Source: Microcystis aeruginosa NIES-2549
GTDB taxonomy: Bacteria > Cyanobacteriota > Cyanobacteriia > Cyanobacteriales > Microcystaceae
Assembly: GCF_000981785.2 (NCBI RefSeq)
Contig: NZ_CP011304.1
Coordinates: 3,420,001 to 3,452,000 of the forward strand
Direction of reading: 5' to 3'
DNA: 32,000 nt
Shown one piece after another: positions 27,375 through 32,000 of this stretch (within the stretch, counting starts at the first letter, position 1; the number at the start of each line of letters is the position of its first letter). The translations under genes were made by a program, and so were the position numbers. The notes beneath the pieces were generated by a model. It saw nothing but the letters and a program-made list of their open reading frames with translations. It had not been told where the DNA came from and ran no database searches.

Positions 27375-28073
27375 ATGTTACACATATCTGATCTCAATGT
27401 TTACTACGGAGAAAGTCATATTTTAAGAGATGTTGATCTTAACATTAATGCGGGAGAAATGGTCTGTTTAATCGGACGTAATGGCGTGGGTAAAACTACC
27501 CTATTAAAAACCTTGATGGGTATCTTAAAACCGCGAGCGGGAGCAATTAATTATGAGCAACAAAACCTGATTAATAAAACCTCAGATCAAAGAGCCAGAT
27601 TAGGACTGGGTTATGTGCCGCAGGGGAGGGATATTATTCCCCGTTTAACGGTAAAAGAGAATTTAATTCTCGGTTTGGAAGCTTTACCCACAAGGAGAAA
27701 AAATGCCACAATTCCCGAAGAAATCTTCGATTTATTTCCCGTTTTAAAACCCATGTTATCGCGGATGGGAGGAGATTTAAGCGGTGGACAACAACAGCAA
27801 TTAGCCATCGCTCGCGCCTTAGTGGGGGAACCAAAATTATTAATTTTAGATGAACCCACGGAAGGAATTCAACCGTCAATTATTCTCGAAATTGAAGCGG
27901 CGGTGCGGCGTATTGTTGCCAGCAAAGGAATCGCCGTTTTATTAGTAGAACAACACCTGCATTTTGTCCGCCAAGCTGATCGATATTATGCCATGCAGAA
28001 AGGGGGAATTGTTGCTTCCGGTTTCACGAGCGAATTAAGTCAAGAAGTCATTCAGCGATTTTTGGCGGTTTAA
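27375..28073 (+). CDS. urtE: urea ABC transporter ATP-binding protein
   Basis: Walker A GRNGVGKTT, LSGGQQQQLAIARAL and LLILDEP. The ATG at 27375 is preferred over the TTG at 27369. Confidence 0.88.
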   Translation: MLHISDLNVYYGESHILRDVDLNINAGEMVCLIGRNGVGKTTLLKTLMGILKPRAGAINYEQQNLINKTSDQRARLGLGYVPQGRDIIPRLTVKENLILGLEALPTRRKNATIPEEIFDLFPVLKPMLSRMGGDLSGGQQQQLAIARALVGEPKLLILDEPTEGIQPSIILEIEAAVRRIVASKGIAVLLVEQHLHFVRQADRYYAMQKGGIVASGFTSELSQEVIQRFLAV

Positions 28074-28094
28074 ACTTAACTTTTTCCTTGATAT

Positions 28095-29318
28095 ATGACT
28101 CAAATAGTCGTAATTGGTGGCGGGGCAGCGGGATTTTTTGGCGCAATTAAAGCGGCAGAATCTAACCCAAAAGCTGGCGTTACTATCCTAGAAGCGGCAA
28201 AAGAACCTCTGGGGAAAGTGCGGATTTCGGGAGGGGGACGCTGTAATGTCACCCATCATTGTTTTGACGTTTCCCAATTAGTTAATTATTATCCTCGCGG
28301 TGGCAAAGCACTACGGGGAGCTTTTAGTCGGTTTCAACCCCAAGATACTATTAAATGGTTTGAATTGCGGGGGGTAAAACTCAAAACAGAAGCGGATGGG
28401 CGAATGTTTCCCAGCACCGATAATTCTGAAACTATTGTTAATTGTCTGCGGGAAAGTGCGACTTTTGCTGGGGTTAATTTAAGGCTAAATTCCCCAGTTA
28501 AATCGGTTAAAAAACAGGAAGAAAGTTTTTTAATTGAATTAAAAAGAGAGGAGCAAATTAGGGCAGATAAGCTTTTAATTGCTACGGGAAGTAGTCCTTT
28601 TGGCTATCGTACCGCTCAAGATTTAGGTCATTCTCTAGTCTCTCCTGTGCCTTCTTTATTTACCTTTCAAATTGCCGATCCTCGTCTGCAAGATTTGTTA
28701 GGGGTTACTGTGGATAAAGTGCGAGTTCGTCTTGGGGGAAGCAAATTAGAACAAATCGGACCTTTATTAATTACCCATTGGGGAGTTAGTGGCCCGGCTA
28801 TTTTAAAACTTTCTGCTTGGGGAGCGCGGGTGCTTCACGAGCATCATTACCGAATGCCTTTAATAATTAATTGGTTAGGGGATTATCATCCTGAAAAATT
28901 GCGAGAAATTATCTTACAAACAAAAAGTGAATATCCGAAAAGAAAACTTTTTAATTATTGTCCCTTTGAGCAGTTACCTAAGCGTCTTTGGCAGAGTTTA
29001 TTAAGTTACTTGACTGTTAACGCGGAAACTCCCTGGGCCGAATTATCTAAAAATACTCTCAATCGATTAATGACTGAATTACAGCAAGGGGAATATCAAA
29101 TCAAAGGAAAAGGGGTGTTTAAGGAGGAATTTGTCACCTCTGGGGGAGTGAATCTTCAGGAAGTGGATTTTAAAACTATGGAAAGTAAAATCTGTCCGGG
29201 GTTATATTTTGCCGGGGAGGTATTAGATATCGATGCAGTCACGGGGGGATTTAATTTTCAAAGTGCTTGGACCACTGGTTATCTCGCCGGACAAGCTATG
29301 GGCAATAGAAGGGTGTAG
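28095..29318 (+). CDS. FAD-dependent flavoprotein, BaiN/HI0933 (aminoacetone-oxidase-like) family
   Basis: 407 aa. The dinucleotide fold is VVIGGGAAGFFGA, followed by GGGRCNVTH and a C-terminal GEVLDIDAVTGGFNFQ. It starts 21 nt after urtE. Confidence 0.8.
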   Translation: MTQIVVIGGGAAGFFGAIKAAESNPKAGVTILEAAKEPLGKVRISGGGRCNVTHHCFDVSQLVNYYPRGGKALRGAFSRFQPQDTIKWFELRGVKLKTEADGRMFPSTDNSETIVNCLRESATFAGVNLRLNSPVKSVKKQEESFLIELKREEQIRADKLLIATGSSPFGYRTAQDLGHSLVSPVPSLFTFQIADPRLQDLLGVTVDKVRVRLGGSKLEQIGPLLITHWGVSGPAILKLSAWGARVLHEHHYRMPLIINWLGDYHPEKLREIILQTKSEYPKRKLFNYCPFEQLPKRLWQSLLSYLTVNAETPWAELSKNTLNRLMTELQQGEYQIKGKGVFKEEFVTSGGVNLQEVDFKTMESKICPGLYFAGEVLDIDAVTGGFNFQSAWTTGYLAGQAMGNRRV

Positions 29319-29372
29319 GGAGAAACAATTCATAACTTGAGAGTTAATCACACTATTAAAAACGGATTTGGG
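29311..29372 (+). repeat. direct repeat copy 1 (62 nt), overlapping the last codons and stop of the flavoprotein gene
   Basis: gggtgtagggagaaacaattcataacttgagagttaatcacactattaaaaacggatttgg recurs 161 nt downstream with 2 mismatches. Confidence 0.9.
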
Positions 29373-29456
29373 ATAAAAGTCTTATTCAACAAGGTTTTTA
29401 GATTTATTCAGCCAGCCCTACTTATACTAAATCCTGTTTAAAAAGTATAGGATAGT

Positions 29457-29533
29457 GGGGTGTGGGGTGTGGGGTGTGGGGAGAAACAATTCATAACTTG
29501 AGAGTTAATCACACTATTAAAAAGGGATTTGGT
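29457..29533 (+). repeat. (GGGGTGT) x3 followed by direct repeat copy 2
   Basis: The offset from copy 1 is 161 nt. The mismatches are at 29317/29478 and 29363/29524. Confidence 0.9.
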
Positions 29534-29695
29534 ATTAAACGTCGTAAAATTGATTTCGCCGCTAATAAAAAAGTCGATTGACACAGGGAGCAGTTAGCGG
29601 CAAAAATTGACTCTATTAGCCTTTGGCAAGCTCTAGAATTGATTGTGTAACAGGTTAATTAAGTCTAGCTCGATCTCGAAAAAAAACAACTAATA

Positions 29696-31072
29696 ATGAT
29701 CATCGCAGGAGAAAGAAGCGGAGTCGGTAAAACGACGATTACTCTGGCAATCTTGGCCTATTTAATCAGTCGTGGCGATCGAGTGCAATCTTTTAAAGTC
29801 GGGCCCGATTATATCGATCCCATGTTCCATACCCATTTTACCGGTCGCCCCTGTCGCAATCTCGATCCGGTTTTAACTTCCGAAGACTATGTAAAAACCT
29901 GTTTTGCCCAACATTGTCAAAATGTCGATTATGCTCTGATTGAAGGGGTAATGGGGCTATTTGATGGTATTCAATTAAGCGATACTCAATTTCCCGATTA
30001 TGCCAGCACCGCCCATATTGCCCGTATTTTAGGGCTTCCTCTGCTATTAGTTATCGATTGTAGTCGTTTATCTACCTCGGTCGCCGCTATTGTCCGCGGT
30101 TATCAATCTTTAGACAAAAATCTCCATCTAGCCGGAGTTATCCTCAATCGGGTTGGTAGCGATCGCCACCTGCAATTACTGCAAACCGCCCTAGAATCCA
30201 TCAATATGCCGATTGTCGGGGTTCTGCGTCGTCAAGATTCCCTGACAATTCCTGATCGCCATCTAGGATTAGTTCCCAGGGATGAACTAGGAGAAATCAG
30301 GGAACTGCAAGATCAACTGGCTTCTATTGCCCAAAACTGCTTTAATTGGGACATTCTCTTGCCTTTACTCACTATTTCTCCCCAAGAGAACCCGAAAAAT
30401 CCCACAGAAGCAAATAAGCTTTTTCCCCCTATCCGTATCGGTATTGCCAGAGATAAGGCTTTTAACTTTTATTACCCCGATAATCTCGATATTTTAGCCA
30501 ATTTAGGCGCGGAATTAATCTTTTGGAGTCCCTTGCAAGGGGCAAATTTGCCCGAAAACCTGCAAGGGTTGTACTTTGGTGGCGGTTTTCCCGAAATCTT
30601 TGCCCCGGAATTAGCGGCTAACACCCCTATCCTAACTCAGGTGAGAAAAGCGATCGCCTCCGGAATGCCCACCTATGCCGAATGTGGGGGATTAATGTAT
30701 TTATGTGACAAAATAGTTGATTTTGAGCAAAAAAACTATTCTATGGTGCAAATAATCCCCCAATCTGCTATAATGTCCCCGAAATTAACCCTAGGTTATC
30801 GGCAAGCCATCGCCAAACAGGAAACGATCCTGCTCAAACCGGGTCAACCAGTGCGCGGCCATGAATTCCATCGCTCCCAACTAAGCGGGGTGAGCGACGC
30901 ACCGATTTATCAACTACAACCATTCCCCAGGGGTGCTATCAATGCCGAAGGGTGGCAAGGTAAGAATCTGCACGCTTCCTATCTCCACCTACATTTTGGG
31001 GCTAATCTCAGTCTGCCGAAAAAATTTTTAGCTGCTGGCCTTGATTTTTTCCGAACAGCTGCGTTAAGCTGA
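29696..31072 (+). CDS. cobB: cobyrinate (hydrogenobyrinate) a,c-diamide synthase
   Basis: 458 aa. It has the P-loop GERSGVGKTT, KVGPDYIDP and a C-terminal glutamine amidotransferase domain with YAECGGLMYL. cbiA is an equivalent name. Confidence 0.88.
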   Translation: MIIAGERSGVGKTTITLAILAYLISRGDRVQSFKVGPDYIDPMFHTHFTGRPCRNLDPVLTSEDYVKTCFAQHCQNVDYALIEGVMGLFDGIQLSDTQFPDYASTAHIARILGLPLLLVIDCSRLSTSVAAIVRGYQSLDKNLHLAGVILNRVGSDRHLQLLQTALESINMPIVGVLRRQDSLTIPDRHLGLVPRDELGEIRELQDQLASIAQNCFNWDILLPLLTISPQENPKNPTEANKLFPPIRIGIARDKAFNFYYPDNLDILANLGAELIFWSPLQGANLPENLQGLYFGGGFPEIFAPELAANTPILTQVRKAIASGMPTYAECGGLMYLCDKIVDFEQKNYSMVQIIPQSAIMSPKLTLGYRQAIAKQETILLKPGQPVRGHEFHRSQLSGVSDAPIYQLQPFPRGAINAEGWQGKNLHASYLHLHFGANLSLPKKFLAAGLDFFRTAALS

Positions 31073-31147
31073 TTGCAGATAAATCTAATAATTAATCCGT
31101 TAAGGGATACAGGAGGTGATGTCGATGGTAGAAAGTAGTAAAAGCAT

Positions 31148-31313
31148 GGGTCTCCTAATCGACAATAGCCGGCTGTGCGCCGGGGCTGTTCTCTAGACCC
31201 CCACGTCTAAACAAGATTTAGACTAGCTGGAGTTCCTTCCGGCAGTCTGGTGTCGATTCTGATGACCCGCTACACCGCCCTTACCGAGCAATTGGTAAGG
31301 GCGGATAGTTTTT
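31148..31313 (+). ncRNA. candidate structured RNA (multi-helix junction closed by a long-range helix, then an intrinsic terminator); identity unknown
   Basis: The long-range helix pairs 31148-31152 with 31264-31268 (GGGTC/GACCC) and 31157-31164 with 31251-31258 (AATCGACA/TGTCGATT). Internal hairpins lie at 31167-31187, 31205-31223 and 31226-31243. The terminator is CCGCCCTTACC-gagcaatt-GGTAAGGGCGG (31275-31304) plus atagTTTTT. Confidence 0.3.
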
Positions 31314-31669
31314 GAGGGTTTCCCGTCATCTAGGAACCCCAGAACCAGAAGTAACTATTCGTACAAACCAAGGGTAAGCTGCCCGCACAGCTAAATTAGT
31401 CTAGGCCGATAAGGGAACAGGGAACAGCAAGGGTTATCTGCTTTTAGAGTTTTAACCTATTGACATCGTTGTTAAGATAACTGCTACAGGTTTTGTTTAA
31501 GTGCCGTCAGGATCGACAGGGTGGCCACTTTGTCAACCGGTCAAGGGAAAAAAATGAGATCACATCTTTCCCTAAGCAATTAGATCGTGTATAATGGCAA
31601 AAGAATGGAAAGGCTATATGCGTCATCAAACTGTGTAGTCAACCTATAAGGTGTGAGGAAAAAACCATC

Positions 31670-32000
31670 ATGTTAAAAATGTTCTGGAAATCATTGCTGG
31701 TTAGCCCAGCAATTTTAGGGGCTACCTTGGTAGCTTCCGCTAATGCTAGTAGCTTCGATCCCGTCAAATCTACCAGTGTTTCTACCGAATTTAACAATCT
31801 AGAAATCGCTCAAGTTCAGGACAACGGTGCAGGAACTGGCGAATTACTCAATCAGATCGAACAGTACGGTAACGAAGGTCAAGTGGCACCCGTACAGGGT
31901 AACAGCATCGATCAAGTCACCAGCGTTAACCAACTGCGCGATGTTTCTCCCACCGCTTGGGCCTATGAGGCCTTAAGAAGCCTTGTGGAGCGCTATGGTT
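31670..32000 (+). CDS. SLH-domain outer-membrane porin (OprB/iron-uptake-porin type), 5' partial in this window
   Basis: It has the signal peptide MLKMFWKSLLVSPAILGATLVASANA and then the SLH motif VNQLRDVSPTAWAYEALRSLVERYG. The ORF runs off the window end. Confidence 0.75.
   Translation, partial: MLKMFWKSLLVSPAILGATLVASANASSFDPVKSTSVSTEFNNLEIAQVQDNGAGTGELLNQIEQYGNEGQVAPVQGNSIDQVTSVNQLRDVSPTAWAYEALRSLVERYG

Noticed and set aside
22783-27879. ORFs 22783-23034(-), 23492-23833(-), 23631-23864(+), 24392-24583(-), 25076-25366(-), 26547-26843(-), 27611-27859(-) and 27634-27879(-).
   Set aside because: All are antisense or alternative-frame ORFs within the urtABCDE genes, with no independent support.
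29534-29695. A cobalamin riboswitch upstream of cobB, also looked for in 31073-31669.
   Set aside because: I found no B12 box (AGYCMGGAGACCKGCC-like) and no GGGAA...GGTGNAANTCC core by eye on either strand. A covariance-model scan would be needed to be certain.
31230-31250. The SRP (4.5S) RNA-like motif CCGGAAGGAA on the minus strand.
   Set aside because: The conserved AGCA and the symmetric-loop partner sequences are absent, and the flanks do not form the long SRP hairpin.
31351-31364. A perfect NtcA consensus GTAactattcgTAC upstream of the porin gene.
   Set aside because: The nearest TAN3T (TAAATT, 31392-31397) is 27 nt away rather than 22 +/- 1. About 8 chance GTA-N8-TAC matches are expected in 32 kb, and the site is more than 300 nt from the ATG.

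Overview
This is a chromosomal segment of a beta-cyanobacterium. It carries ccm carboxysome genes with form IB RuBisCO, and the HIP1 octamer GCGATCGC occurs at 10 or more sites. Nearly every intergenic gap holds 7-nt tandem arrays or small palindromic insertions. The repeat style and gene order look Microcystis-like, but that is inference only. On the minus strand from 8057 down to 1325 lie ccmK2-ccmK1-ccmL-ccmM-ccmN, a hairpin terminator, then rbcL-rbcX-rbcS ending in tandem terminators. The rest of the window holds a Nif11-like small protein, miaB, a DUF2358 protein, a membrane P-loop GTPase-like protein, rpmG-rpsR, an orphan PAS-GAF-GAF histidine kinase and tRNA-Phe(GAA). After these come a HEAT-repeat protein overlapping ubiX, a LapA-like membrane protein, glgA, a cytosolic vWA protein and a split UPF0016 (GDT1/Mnx-type) transporter pair. 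The right end carries urtABCDE with an NtcA-type promoter, a BaiN/HI0933-like flavoprotein, cobyrinate a,c-diamide synthase and the 5' end of an SLH porin. The left 1 kb is a decayed accessory patch: a DUF4926 gene and an ISL3 transposase remnant abutting a truncated AAA ATPase. I find no CRISPR array, no rRNA, no intact mobile element and no convincing new multi-gene system; the window is mostly core metabolism. The signals most worth follow-up are non-coding. (1) A structured RNA candidate with a perfect Shine-Dalgarno sequence, a mini-ORF and an intrinsic terminator at 31111-31313. (2) Inverted copies of a three-part repeat module bracketing urtABC and splitting the urt operon. (3) G-quadruplex-capable (GGGGTGT)n arrays and CAGTnAT-type arrays that start right at stop codons. 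(4) Small TIR elements nested inside heptamer arrays. (5) A duplicated NtcA box on phased A-tracts upstream of urtA. (6) A dispersed 26-mer inserted in frame in a membrane protein. All family names come from my own recognition of the translated sequences; no searches were run.
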